Source: Tubiluchus corallicola (taxonomy: Eukaryota; Animalia; Priapulida). Taken from it: DNA of 64,000 bases. Below, one piece after another: positions 26,814 through 41,800 of the stretch. Made by a program: the position numbers and the translations under genes. The notes beneath the pieces are model-generated. The model was not told the origin of the DNA. It made no database searches and saw only the letters and a program-made list of their open reading frames with translations. Within the stretch, counting starts at the first letter, position 1, and each line of letters begins with the position of its first letter. Location: NCBI GenBank assembly GCA_030141605.1, contig JAQGDQ010000002.1:806001-870000 (forward strand), given 5' to 3'.

Positions 26814-29800
26814 CTAAAAATCAAATATAATAAAACAAAAGTGCAATATAGTAAACCACTTTAAAAGTCACTAAACATGTACATTACGTGATTTACATGC
26901 GCCATAAATTATTCTTTAGGACAAACTGTTTAACAAAAATATAATAGCGTAATTTAGTACATCTTTCACCCATGACTATAAAAAGGGTTTGACATCAGTA
27001 ATTACCAGCACGCTAGCTGAAGGTAAAAAGACAAAGTGCCAAGAAATCCACAAATATTCAACCAGCAAGAGAATTTACTTGCAAAACTGTGCAGCAAATT
27101 TTACAAACTATTTCCCATTTTAAATACCTTTGAAACTGAGTCCAATCACATCATGACCACAGATTGTTCACACAGTCAATTTTGCCAAGTTAGAGAAAGG
27201 TTTTCATAAAACACACTCAAATAACTCTGCTATCTGTGTGTAATATGTTATGAGACCTATGACTATCGCACAGTAAAATGCAGAAACTACAGTACACTGA
27301 TTTAGACCTTGTAAAAAAATGAATTTTACCATACTGTTTTAAATAAGACTAAATATTTGTAAATAATCTCATAGCTAAAAAGTATTATAAACAAGTCGAT
27401 CTTTTACCTGTACTTTATACTTTTCAACATACTCATCCAGTAGATTGCGAGTGTGCTTCAATCGTTCTTGCAGTTGCTGTAACTCAGATGACTTTTCACG
27501 CAACTGTTGTCGATGTTCAGTCTGCAGCTCTAAGAAAAAATATAAAAAGCAATAAAAAATTTCTTTCTTTAGTAGAATTCAAAATTCGAATCGATATCAG
27601 CAAAAGCATTTCGATTGGGATGCAGAAAGCTATTTCCAGTTAAATTCCTAAAATTCTTGGCTATCGTGAAAACACATTAACTTTACTCGGCAAAAGCAGA
27701 AAACAGTTCACGAAATGAATATGATTAAAATCTTCACATTACTCGTATAAAGAAATCACAAAATGTAATACTACATACTGATGACCATAGACTTCATTTG
27801 TGCGTAATAATCTTCGCTCGGAACATCTGGCAAAGCTTGTTTGTGAAAATGTTGTAGTTGACTAGAAGTAACAGCTGCTTCCAGAACTTTTATTTTGTTG
27901 TTTGCTTTTTCCAATGCAGTTTTTAACTGCTTTATCTCTTCAGATTCATGGGCACAGGTCTATAGAATCAAACACAAATTAATGAATAAGAACAAAGGTG
28001 AACAGAAAAATGCGATTTTACGTACCATCATGCAGTTGGCAGAATAATACGATATACTGCACAAATTAAGTGACTTGGAAGAATGTCAAACAAAGGACTT
28101 GCTTAATCTCTACATATTAATTTTGGCGGCATATATATATATATATGTGTGTGGGGGGGTGTATATACACATATATATAAAATCGATGAGGCTACAGCTC
28201 CAACAACAGCACCATTCTCGACAATCTCTACATCAAACAAAAGGTCTCAGCCCACAGGTTTGCCATTGGGGGTTTATTTTTTGAATCGGGCCCACCAGGA
28301 GGAAAGGGGGATGAAAAACCTCCAAAAGACGCTCCTTTTTGCCGCTTTTCACAAAAATTTGCAAAACTTATACCTCTTATTTTTAGAGACCAGAAATGTG
28401 TCGGGGGTGCTGCCAGTAATGGTTGAATAGCCCGTTCTATGGTGGATGTTATAGGCATAATTACATTTCGCGGGAGTGCTACGGTTTCTCGCAATGGGCA
28501 TTTTCCCGGACCCATATGCCCAAAATTTTGCAGAAAACTGCGCAAACAGCCTCTAGAAAAACTCGATTTGTGCAACTGTTTGGGCAAGTTAGGAAAAAAA
28601 CAAGCACACTCCCAGAAAGAAGAGGAAATGGTCTGCAAGTTTAGGAAGTTTCTCTACAAGAGATGTCCAATAGACGAAACGGGAAGGGTCCATTTCAAAG
28701 TTCTTTTCCAACTCTCCGGTTCTGCACGGAACACAAATTGTCTTTAAGTTTGAGAAATTTTGCAGCTGTTCCAGGCATTGTTGTCACCCGGCATTCTAAT
28801 ATGCTATAAATTGTACATGTATGCTATACTAGTTAGCCTATTATCATATGAGAAGCAGTAAGGAACACTATATAGAATGTCCGTACATTATTGATCATTG
28901 GTGAATGACGGGTCTACTAGCATTTGTCATACCACACAGTTTCAACTTTGTACAAAATATACATGTACAAAATGTTTTACATGTTTCACTAAGCTGCTGT
29001 GCTATTGGTTGGTGTCGTAGGTGCCATCATTGTCGTTGTCATCATAATCATCATCAACATCACTATCTTCGTCACGAGAGTTGGGTGGGCTTGGTGTGGT
29101 GTGGAACAGTACGGTACATTGAAGTGGGTGTGGTTAGTGTAGTGAGTGTAATGAGGATGTTGTTATAGTAGACATGGTGGGTGTCGTGTAGTGTAGGTGC
29201 TGCGGATGGCGTGGTGTGAATGGTATGGCGTGGTGGGTGTGGCATGGTGTGGCCACCATAGTGTGAGCATGGTGTGGCATGGTGTTGTGGTGTAGTGGGT
29301 GTGGTATAATGTCAACGGAGTGGCGTGGCGGGTGTGGCATGGAGTGGGCGTGTGGCATGTGTCGCAAGGTGTAGTGAGTGGTGTGGCATGGGTGTTGAGG
29401 TGTGGTGGGTGTGGTATAGTGTGAATAGCGTGGCATGGAGCCTGCACGTGGCATGGGTGGTATGGTGTAGGGGTGGTGTGGTATGAGTGTTGTGGTGTGG
29501 GTGACATGGTGTGGTGGATGTGGTATGGTGGGTGTGGGATGGCATGGGTGGTGTTGTGTGTGTAGCATGGTGTGGTGTGGGTAATATGGTGTAGTGTGGT
29601 GTGGGGTTGTCATTGGTGTGTGCACAAAATTTTTTATGGGGTTTGGCTTTATTGCATTATTCCGAATTTGTTGCTCAAATTAGTTTAGTATTCAGTTCAT
29701 TCCTCTAAATCGAGTTTTGTTTAGATGTTGGTAAAAAAATCTGGTCCCACAATAAGATCTTCAATTATGCATTACGAAAGATTATATTTTCAATCACGGG

Positions 29801-32800
29801 AAATCCCGTAAGAGGAGCATCTGTGTCGTTTACCTCTGGAACACTACTGCATGTAACACTCACGGATAGGGGTTGTACAGTAATTCTCTGCACTCTTTCA
29901 TTTAAGCCATTTTGTTTGCTTTTTCATACAGAAATTTTATGTTTTAGCTCTTACTAGGCTACAAATGATAGTTATGTATGGTTTTGCCTATAGTATTTAG
30001 GGGGGGGCGCAAGTGTAGAAAAAAAATGATATCAGCAAGGCTCAAAAAATTAATAAAAGTTAAATATTTAAAAAAATAGAACAGAAATAGAACAGAATAC
30101 AATAAATCATTTGACAATTATTTTTACTTCTTGAACAAAACAAGTGTGGAGCTCTGCAAATATTGCAAATACTTTGATTTTTTCCCCACGCAAATGTAAA
30201 TTTTTTTAGTCACAAGCTTGTGTGACATCATAAAAAATAATAGAAGGCATGAGGCTATCAAAAATACCAACCTGTGCTGCAGCCTGACTACATACTACAT
30301 TGCCTTGTTGATCATGGACCAGAGATTGATCTAAAGTACCAGCAAGATGCAGAATTTCACACTTCTCAGTAAGCTTCTCTATCTGTCGTCTCAAATTGCG
30401 CTCAATATCACGCTTTTCTTTGGTTAATTGACTAGCTGCAAAACCAAACATTAAGGCAACGATAAGCAAAAACACAGACGATAAATTAGGTGAACAAGAA
30501 TAACCATGCAGTGTTTTTTATTTCAAGGTATTGCTTGGAATTTTCTGTTACTACAAACAGATACTTTAGAGTATTGTTAACAGTAGGCTTATAAGTAGAC
30601 TATACTATTTTACCTCCTTTCTGAAGCACAAAATCTTACTGTGACTTTGTTAAGAAAAACAGTTAAAGACTGTTCGATGTTAGAATGAACAAGCATCTGT
30701 AACCAAAATTTCCTAAAAGGTTGGTTATAGTAATCAATTTTAGCAAAACAGTTTCATAATCGTAGTGCATAAATTCATACAGTCAGAGATCAATAATTCC
30801 TTACGGAGTATAGCACCCACTTTTTACATTCCAAAGAAAGCTGTCTTTTCTAGTTACCTCATTTTCACACCAATTAGAAAAATAAAATAATTATCTGAAA
30901 AAACAGTTTTGCAAAAATGCCAATTATTAGTCAAGCCTGTCAGTTTGTCGCAAAGAAGAAGTGGCACTGCAGCGTTAAGAGTTTTGTTCAGCGGAAACTT
31001 ATTAACATCTTGACATCATCGCAAGTAATTCAAGGACAATTCAAGAGCATAATGGAAATTGAAAAACGAGGACACTTTTAAAGACCTTAATAGTAAGTTA
31101 AAGAAAAACCAGCTTTTCTAATAAAGACAGCACTTCAAAAACATAGACAGCAAGCAACAAGGCTTATTTGATACCTAAAAATGTGCTTAGTCCATTATTG
31201 TAAACTGTATCAGAAAAAAATTTTCATCAAAATTAACTACTGAAACAAAATCCCAGATGACGGTTTTAAAAATATATTGTGGTAGACTGACAGCAGTGCG
31301 TCTTGGCGTTGTGTGTTCATTAAGATTCATTAATTCTAACCTATGGCTAATGCTGTCTGTTTGTCCTAATGATTGTCTTTTGTTTATTTTTGTCCTTAAT
31401 GTCAAAGTCTTAAACAAAAGCATGACGTGATAACTCAAAAATGAAGAATAAGATTACGGGCTACCCCTAAATGTAAACCATTTGTAACATTTCTTAACAT
31501 GCATCTAAAAAAATTAATGTTTTCTGTTTTTCAAAGACAAGGCTGTTAACAACTAAGACTGTTTCTGGTGATAATTTTCACTTCTATCAATGACTTAAAA
31601 AAATGGCAAAAAGCACGGGCATAGAATTAAATAGTTATTTAAATCTTTAAAAAAATTTCAAAGTTTTACCTCATTTTTCATCAACCCCACTAGGAAATGA
31701 TAATAAGTCAACAATCTTCTCCTTTCTGGTAATACAGTTTGTGGTAAATGCTAAATTGTTTATTTCAATACTTACCTAAAGATGCCAAATCAGACTCATT
31801 TTTTTCACGCAGTACACTCTGCTCTTTGTCGAGTTTCAACTGGAACTCTTTCTCCATCTGAGATTCAAACCCGCATTTCTCGTTTCGTAAAAGTTCATCA
31901 AAATCATGCCGCAATTTTCCACTAAGGCCTGCAACACCCTGTTTCAACAGTTCTTCCTGCTTTGACTCTGTCTCCTTCAACCTAGTTTGTAAAGTCTGTA
32001 ACCTTAACTTGAGGTCATTGATTTCTGACTGATAGGTCTGCTGCTTTGTTGTCCACTTCTTTTGCAGTTGATCTAGCATTAGCTCATGTTTTTCTTCAAC
32101 AAGTTTAAGTTTTAATTCAGCTTCAAGCTTTTGTTGTATAAGCTCTTGTTTGTCATTTTCGTGCAAGGCACTGAGAGAGTTCTTAAGTTCATTTAGTTTT
32201 GCTTCTTGCTGATTCTCATATCGGCTGCGAAGCATTTGTTCCAGCGATGATTTAGCCTCCATGAAAAATCAAAAATTGTTGAAAATGTACCACATTAGCA
32301 AAAAATATGCTCATTGTTTTAGATCAGAACAGCATGCAAAATTAGCTGTATTGATTATTTTACTGTCATTTTTCAAAAACAAACACATTGGCAACATCAG
32401 TAGCCATAGCTAACGGCAAGCTGTAAATAGAATATTCTCATCTGATTTTATTATGCAAGGAAATGGTTAAGATATAATTTACTAGCAAAGCCATTCAGTT
32501 TACAGGCACAACTTTCTAGTTAAATTGAATTGACATTTACAATCTTGTAATAACATGACCAATGATGTCATCACTTCTTCTTATATATGCCTAACTGCAT
32601 CTCCACTAGATTAGAAAAACTTTCAAAATTTTTTTAAAGAGCACTAATTTTCAATTAATTTGCATTAGCAATGTAAAGTAAAACCTAGCTGTTCAAGTGA
32701 CAGTGAACAAAATAAGTTAGCTTTCTTCTCACCTCATCATGTTTACTTTGCAAATCCTTTAGCTCTGATTCATGGTGCTGATTAACTGACTCCAACTCTT

Positions 32801-35800
32801 CAGCAAATGCTCCCTGTAATTGTCCCTAAAAAGAGAAACATCAAAAATCAAGACAAAAATTAATAATAAAAAGTATATAACCCACTCAAACGTCGTCTCA
32901 TTCTTGCAATTAAGAATTTATAACAAAATACAGGATACCTGTCTTTTGTCATGCAGGAACAGTATCTGATCTAAACAAGATAGTTTAAAAAATCTAAATA
33001 CAAATTTAGGAATAATAGCGTTGTAAGTTCTGGTCATTCCAATGTCTGTTACGATATGTAAACCTTTTGATACTCTGGTCATTCTATATTGTTCAGAAAT
33101 GTTAATTAATAATGTTCATACATTATTTCATACTAGAACACTGTTATAGTCACTCCTAATAATTTAATTTTTTGCTTTGTGACTAATTAATTACTTTTAT
33201 TATTTTAAATACAACTGCTGTCTTGATAACTAAACATTCACACTAATTTGGTTACAAACTTGGTAAATTACTTCTTGCAAAAGTAAATAATTAGTTTTAT
33301 AACATACTTGTCTTTCTAAAATATGATAAAAGTCACAAATGTTTAACAAAATAAATCAGCCACACATAATTTACTACATTGATTGAAACACTAAGCACGC
33401 AACCAACATGCAAAAACGTATATTTGATGACATTTTATAATAAAAAGTATGTTAATTCACACAATATTTGCAGTTTTTTCATGTTTGATTTTTAATTAGA
33501 TTAATCAATGTATTTCATACCTGTATGTTTATCCGCTGCATTTCCAAAGCTGCATCCATATCAGCCTCTTGTTTACTCCTCAACTCTCTATTTTCCATCT
33601 CTAACTTATTCAAAATATTTTTCTTCTCTTCATCATGGACGCTAATCAGTGCTCTTCTTTCTTCTTCAAGTTGACTAATGAGCTTCATCGATTCATTTTG
33701 CTGCTGAACGATCATGGCATTCTTCTCATTCTCATACTGGCGAATCAGTTCAGTTTTTTCATTTAAAAACTGGGAGATTAATTGTTGCTTTTCGTCTTCA
33801 TACTGACTGAGCAACTGATTGCGGTCAATGTGTACCATTTTGGCACCATCTAGCTCATTGATTCCAGAATGAGACTGAAATTCACCAATATCTTTCCCCT
33901 GATTTTGCCTTCTAGTGTCTTGCCTTGAATCTGACAAAACATTGTTTATTAATTTCAACAAAAAATTAATAAATATCAATTAAAACAATCCAACACCATT
34001 TAACATGATGTTTCAGAAGTGCTACTTATATATAACAAAATTACACAAGAAATAATAAAATTTTGTCTAACAGCACCAGCAAAAATTTATTATTTTTCAT
34101 ATAACTTTGTTGGAGATTTGTCATATGTTCACAGAAGCTACACATCCCAAATGCTATGTTAAATAAATGGTGTTGGGCTATTTTGCTGTTAATGTCAGCT
34201 TTCATTAGTTAATTACATCAGTATCAGTATAAAACAATGTAAGAGGTTAAAGCTCTGATCCTGCAGGCTTTGCATAAAAATATTCAAAATTTCTCAAAGA
34301 AATGATCATGTAAATTTTTTATTTGATATTTCGCACATTCTTAGAAATTACTGCAATAGCAGCTTGAACAAGACCTGTAATTATCAGGATTATAAACTTT
34401 ATTCATAGAGCTATATTGCAATACAGAAGTGAAATAAAAAGAAAATAGTGAAAACTGTTTTCAAGTATAACAATGCTTCAGTAAGGAAATGTGCAAGCAC
34501 ATACAAACAATAGTAGTTACCGTCGCTATCACGCGTTGTTTCTGATGTACGACGAGCTTGTAACGGACGACGGCGCGTCCTAGTAGGACGAGGACTTGCG
34601 TCTTCTTCATTGTCATCTGCATCATAATTGTAAAAAAAATCAGCGCAAGCCAGCAATCTACAAACGTGAGTCTATTTGCCATGTACCCAAGTATCTAATC
34701 ATTAAACTTAAAATGACGCAGCTCTCCAATTACCTGTCGAAGAGGATGGTGCTTGATTATTGTGGACAAAAGGTTTAACATATTCAGAAAGTAAGGAACC
34801 GGTACGAGATGCTGGGCGCCCTTTGTTGTACTTCCGGCGCTTTGAAGCAGCTGTAAGCTGTTGTTTCAGAGATTCATTTTCATTAGCAAAGATGTCATTT
34901 GTGTCTCGAAGTTCCTGCAATATAGAGCACACAGAATAAAGACTATGTACATTACTATGTTTTTAAAGACACACAAAACTAGACACAGTTGTATAGTTGC
35001 AACAGGGGTGACTCTGAGGTGCCTTAACAAGAAAACAGGAAAAATGAATTATTTGAAAAAATCTACAACTACAACTAACATTTACAACAATTTGTAAAAT
35101 ACATTTGCAAATAAAAATATATCTATAATGGAAATCCATAGATTCTGTTTTAATGAATAACAACACAAATGTATTTTTGTTTTGTTCGCTATAACCTAAC
35201 ACCTTTTTACTAGTTTTGGCATTTGCCATATTAAATAAGAATAAAAAACGTTTAAAGTCGTACCTTGATTTTGTTTCAGTTTACAATTATAATAATTGTA
35301 TTGTAATCAATTTTAACTATTCACGGGTATTTCCGGTCTATTATATAAGTTCACTTCGCTTTTTTAAAGAAAGCACTTAAATCACCTTATTTTCTTGCTC
35401 TAGCTGTAACAAACGATCCCTGATAGCACAAAACTGCTCTGTTGCAAGAAAATCACGTGAAGACTCCAACTTTGCTACCTATAACCAAACAGTAATATAA
35501 AAATACTAGTAGTAACAGTATGCTCTTTTTAAAATAAGCCTCAATTTTTTCAACAAAAAAAGATCGATGAAATTCTATTAAATCTGTATCAGTATAAAAA
35601 AGTTTCAGAGGGAATCCTGCCTGACCTCGTGTGAAATTAAAGATATAATCCCACAAGATAAAAATATTTGAATGTTCCCAAGCAATTTCTTAATTAATGC
35701 TTAAAATTACATCTTAATGAAATTACATTATAGATTTAAGAGAGAAACTTACAGTGTTTCGTAATTCTGCCACTTCAGCTACTTCTCGACAGTATTTCTT

Positions 35801-38800
35801 ATTTTGTCTGTCCAAATCACCAAGCTGTTCAACAAGATCAGAGCACTCACCCGACAAACGATCATTCTCCTAAAAATAACCAATCATTCAATGATTATAG
35901 AACAACTATAAAAAAATTGCCCATCTCAGTTAAATAATAAACTTCACAATGTGCATATTTGCAATCTAGAAGCAAGTTGTCAAAATGTGAACAAAGTGAG
36001 GAATGTTTTTGTTGCCATTTTTCTATTGGTTACAAAAAGTAGACAGTCAGCATAGCCAGTTTAAAAATTTATTATGTATCATTTTTTTTGCCTCACAAAT
36101 GAAACAAAACTTACATTGCTAAAAACCAGTAGCTAGCTAACTCCCTGTCTCAAAAATAAAAAAATTGTACAGTCCTAAAACAGTTATTATTTCTGACCCT
36201 TAAAATGGAACAACAGACAAGATCCAAAGAAAACAGGACCCTCACTAACCTAGTTTAAATCCAAAAATTAAAGTTTTGTACACCTTTCCTTTGCTTATAC
36301 ATATTTATTTTAACAGAATTGAAATTTAAAATAACTTAATATTTATAAAGAAAAAACCCTTAAAATATATTTGGGAATGAAAACTAAACCTGTCATTGTC
36401 ATTATGATGTATTTAACAATACACTAAAGCAAAAAATAATTTTTCAAAATAAAGTTTCCTGACTATTTCCTGGTAGGTTCCCATACCCAGAACCTACTTT
36501 TTGCAATTCAGCTAGCTGCTCCCTCAGTTTTGCATCTTCTGCTTTTATTTCCAGTAATTCATTCAGCAGCGATTGTCGCTCCATATCCGCTTGCATCGTT
36601 AGCATTTCCCTTTCGTGTTTCATTTGTGACTGTACACTTTTTATGTGATTTTGGTAATTTCTTTCTAGAGATCTACGAGAAAAGTATACATAAGTGTCAC
36701 AATTTCAATGTGACAACAATTTTGCAAAAATAACCTTTTAATTTGTCAACTCAAAAGTAACAGCAAAGCAGCATTGGCTCCCATTATAAAGTGAGAACAA
36801 ATCTTAAATTAATTCCTCCATGAAAGTTTAGTAAGTTTTTTTTGGGAACAATCAAGCACTAATATAGAACTCAGTGGTTGTTTCTTTAGATACAACCCTT
36901 CCCAATGTTGGAAGTTTATTCAAAGCAACAGATTTCAGCAAAAGAGAAACTTATCCAAAGCGCGGATATATAAGAATTTGGTGTCATTACAAACTTTTTT
37001 TTTCTTAAATTTATCCACCACAAACGTATGCTCTTAGAAAAGTGAGATTATCACAAGATACTTTTGCACAAGTATTAAGGAAGCAAGTGAGTATATTTTG
37101 GCAACTTACGCAATTTTGCTCATGTTTGTATTTTCAAGTCTAGACTGTGTGTCATCTACTTCTTCTGCTATAAGAGCTGCTCTTGTATTAGCTTCAAAAA
37201 TGTCTAGACGAAGTTTATCATTTTCAGCAGTCAATTGCTCTACTAAATTCCTGAAAATCATAAAAAGATAAAAAATGAGCTGATGGTCTTGATTTAAGAA
37301 GCAATTTGCTGTTAGAAAGTGAATAAGAAATTTAGTGATCACATTTAACAAATTACTTGATTTTTTCTTGACTTACTTTGTATGCTTTAATTCGGCATGA
37401 TATGTGAAGCAGGCAGCGTGCCGACTTCCAGACTGATCTCCCGCTCCGAGAAGCTCTCTTTCTAATGACTTAGACAATTCCTGGAGATTAATTTTGTGAC
37501 TAGAACCAGGTGCCAGTTTCTAAAAACATAAAATCACAAATTTAGCAAAAAACAATAGTTTAGTATTACACACTACTGATGACAGATTGCCCCTTGTTAC
37601 AACCACTTGGGATATTAAACTGGTTCCCATTTTCTTTGGAAAATACCTTCATAACTGTAATGAATGCAGTTATATGAAGTACAATCTCGCGAATGTTGGC
37701 TTTTTTCTAAACAAATATATATATATATATATATTTGTAGACACGATAATGTTAACTGCACAGTTTTGTCACAAAATTCAAAGTGCAGCAAGTTACAACT
37801 ATCATATTCAATTCTCTTCAAATCATTTACAATTAAGTTCAGTACCGACTCATATTGACCTCACTACAACCTAAACTAGCGTCTTCAGACATATTTAAAA
37901 TTTGAGTGCCAGAAAATTTGAGGCCGTATTCCTGATACTCAAGGCAAAATAATTACTGTACTTACAGAAAGAACTTCATCGGCGTTTCTGACACCTAGAG
38001 CTTCCCATACATCGACAATGTCTTCAGACTTTGCATAACTAAAATAAACCACAAAAAGCCTTGGTCTTAAAAATGTCTTAAAATTTGCAAGTAAGTGAAA
38101 AATAATGTGTCGTCAACATACAGCGGCACTATACCGGTGCAAAAATTACACCAGCAAAATAATAGGAACTCAAATGTATTTCAACACTATCAGTTTAAGT
38201 AATAAATAACAATATTTAAATTTTTTGTGCAGTTTGACACAGTGCAAACCAGAATGAATCACTCAATGACAGAGCCTTCTGGGAAGTCAAGCACGTGGAA
38301 TATAGCTCATTAGAAAGGCCAAGCCTCTATGATTAGACAGGAAAAACACAGTAGTGTCTTAGCAGTGTTGGTACATCCTTACTCAAGAGAAACAGGCAGA
38401 GGAAGCATTGCAAATATCTCCAGTAAACATTTGTCCCAGTGATCTTGTACGCATTTAGCTAGGGGAAGTTACAATGCGAAGGCTCAGGTATTCCCCCTAG
38501 CCTTTGATTATAACAGTGGTGTACACATGCAAGAATTTTCTAGCAGTTACATTTTAACAGATACATGCAAGAATTTGTATCTTTCTTGCATGTATCTTCT
38601 TGCATGTATCTGTTAAAATGTAACTGCTAAAAATTACAAAATAACTTAGCATGACAATTTGCAAATATAAGTTAATACAACTCAGTACATTTTCCAAGTG
38701 TAACACTTCCAAATTTCAATATTATTGCTTAAATAACTACAGCACAGAAATAGAATTTCCTTCAGGTTAGATTAGTAAAACTTAACAATTTACCCGGTAC

Positions 38801-41800
38801 CAACTGGATCAAGAAAGGAAAGATTGCCACTACCACTTGGTGCCTGAACATCAACGCAACCCCGTCCAGCAGGAGAAGATGAACAGGTAGGTACATTAGC
38901 CTGATTTTGAAGAAATCCATGCAGAAAGTCATCAAAGCTTATTCTGCCATCCAGATTCGTGTCTAACTTTGTGAACAATTGAGTTAATTCCTGCAGAAAA
39001 GTACATGGTTGCATTAGGCTCTAAGCTGAGTCATTGATGACAGAGATAATAACCTTATTCTTGTAAAGAGAATCCATTTTCCTTTAAGTGGAGCACATCA
39101 CCACAAACGAGATGTACTAATAATGATAAATTACCTGCACACAATATTCAAAATACTTGCCAATACTAAACTCTGGGAGCAGGCTTGCTTACTAACATAT
39201 CAACTAATGCATTTACTTCTTGTAACATGAATGTGAGCATTCTGTCTGGACTTTGCAATGCAATATCATTTTGCATTGGAACTTTTTGTTTCATAGGTAA
39301 CAACAGACATGTTATCATCTGACATATGATAACCAGTTGTGCATACCGATTACCAATGTGTGAGTAACAAGTGCAGATCAGTGTAACATAGTACGCAACT
39401 TAATAAACCGCTCGATAATGAAAGAATGTGAATAAGAAAATTTAAGCAAATAACTGATAAACAAAGTGTAATCCTAATGTATATAAACTCTTAGCAGTGC
39501 TAGACACAAAATCAACCCAATGACTGTAACAAAATGCCTTACCTCAGCAGACATCTCTAACATTCCAATTTGATTGCAAACTTGTCCCAGCTCATCTTTG
39601 GTTAAAAAACCCTGACGGTTCACATCAACCTCATTCCACACAGTTTCCAGCTGCTGGACAATGGCTGGTGCAGCAGCAGGCTGTATATCTTCTAGCGACT
39701 GATTCAAAAGCACTGCATCTAATTGGCCTTAAAGAATTATAGCATACACAAATAAGCAAAAAAATTTTCTTATGCATTTTAAATTTTACAAGCAAGTACA
39801 ATTTCGTTTTATTTTGATGTCAATAATAAAATGGTAAAACACATAAAATTATAATACAAGCCTCTTAAAAAAATCAATGCAATTTTTAGATTTTCTGAGA
39901 TCACCAAAATGCATTCTTGCAGGTATAGTAAAGTCTATAAGGATCATCAAGAGTTTCAAAGCAAAAATTCAGACAATTCTATGGTACTGCTTTTTTTATT
40001 CATGACATGTTCCTGAATAAACAGGAAAACATCGTCTTCCCACATAGCTGTGTTTTTGTCAAAATAATTTACACGTGTCACTGTCACACTTGGCTCATAT
40101 TCATCAGGAAGAAAAGCATCAACTCACCAGATCCCTCAAGTACAGAACGAGCTCGACCAGGAATAGGAGATCCAACAGGGGTATTTTCAGCTTCTCTAGG
40201 AGAAGGTGAACTAACAGTACTGCCACCCCTACTTACGAGTTTTGAAATTTTTCCTCCCAAAGTCTTAGCCTAAATGAAAGTATTATGAAAATTGAGAAAA
40301 TTTTTTTTAGAAAATAAGTTCAAGAACTATGCTAGTTTTAAACATATGCTTGATATCAGCATTAGGCAATGAGTTGAAATATTTAATTCATTAACTTTTT
40401 AGTACAATAGCTTCGGTGAACTAAAAGTAATGTTACATTATACTATGAACTGGTCATTTTTGCAATACAGATACACTATTTCCCATTATAACTTGTATCT
40501 CTATGGCTATAAAAATTAAACTTCTTACTCCAGCAACTAAACTGATGGGATTATCGTGCAAAATGTGAAGTATGCTCTCTAATGTTCAAACTGAATGAGA
40601 TAGGTTTATGCAGGGAGAACATACAGTTTAAAAAGCACAAATGTTACAGCAAAGTTTTTACTGGCAATATTTGAATAATTTACATGGAAAACAATATTAA
40701 TCATGGATAAAAACTATAATTAAACTAGAAGAACAGTATAATTTGGAGAAATCAGTAAAAAAATCTTATCATTCAAACATATTTGTTGAAATCAGAAGGA
40801 ATTGATAACTAAGAATTTTCCAGTTTTGACAAAAAAATTAAATATTAAAACTACAGCACAATAAAAAAACAGTATCCAACTGCATCAAGCAACGAACAGG
40901 AATTATACAAAAGCAGCACACCTGTCTTGGACACTCATCAGAATCTGACTCTGGCAGTTGTATTGGAGTTTCAGGTTTTGATCGACGTCCGTATCTTTTC
41001 TTCCCTTTAATGAACTTAGGTGATACTTCAATTGGCACTGCATTATAAAGACAACACATAAAAAATCAACCAAGTTACAACAGGTTTACCAAACTAGCCA
41101 CACATGCATATTGCAAGCACTAACCTATGCATAATAAACAGCAATAAAATCAGGACAAAGCACCTCCTAAATGCCAAGAATGGCAACTAGGCAACATAAA
41201 AAGTAAAACAGTAGACCTGAAACTGTTTATTGTTACAATTGCTAATCGTTAGTTGTCTCTACCATAGCACAGGATCTGTTGCTTTCCATTGTTTCAAGTC
41301 ACTTCATTTTTCGATGCCCTGTAGGCTGGTGAATAAGTTATAAAAACACTACTCATTAAGTTTTTAAAAAACTTTTTATAAAAACAATTATAATATAATT
41401 TTATTTCATTTTATTTTATGTTATTATGTTATAAAATTATCATGATTTTATTGAGTAGATATAAATTTCTGTATAAATTGCTGATTACCGATTTCATCCT
41501 TTAAACTGCTGCCATCATCAGAGGTTGCATCATGAGTATCAACGACAGGAGGTGTTTCAACGCCATAGTCACCGCTACTGGACTCGATTGCTTGTGACAG
41601 TACTAATATGAAAGCCTCTTTAAAATCTTCAAAATTCACCTAAAAACAGGTTTATACCAACATGTCATCTGATATGCAAAAAGCCTACTAAATCTTATAA
41701 TAATCTCGTTCTAACTCCCAAAATTTAAAAGTACACTGAAATTATAATATTTGTAAGACAAGTAACAAATCAGATCTATGACATGATTAATCATTAAGCA

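Noticed and set aside
28228-28747. Overlapping 70-136 aa ORFs in a ninein intron
   Set aside because: No recognisable domain or splice-compatible structure; probably a transposon remnant whose ends I could not define
29134-29625. His/Thr/Pro-rich ORFs
   Set aside because: Translations of a GT-rich satellite; open in all three minus frames
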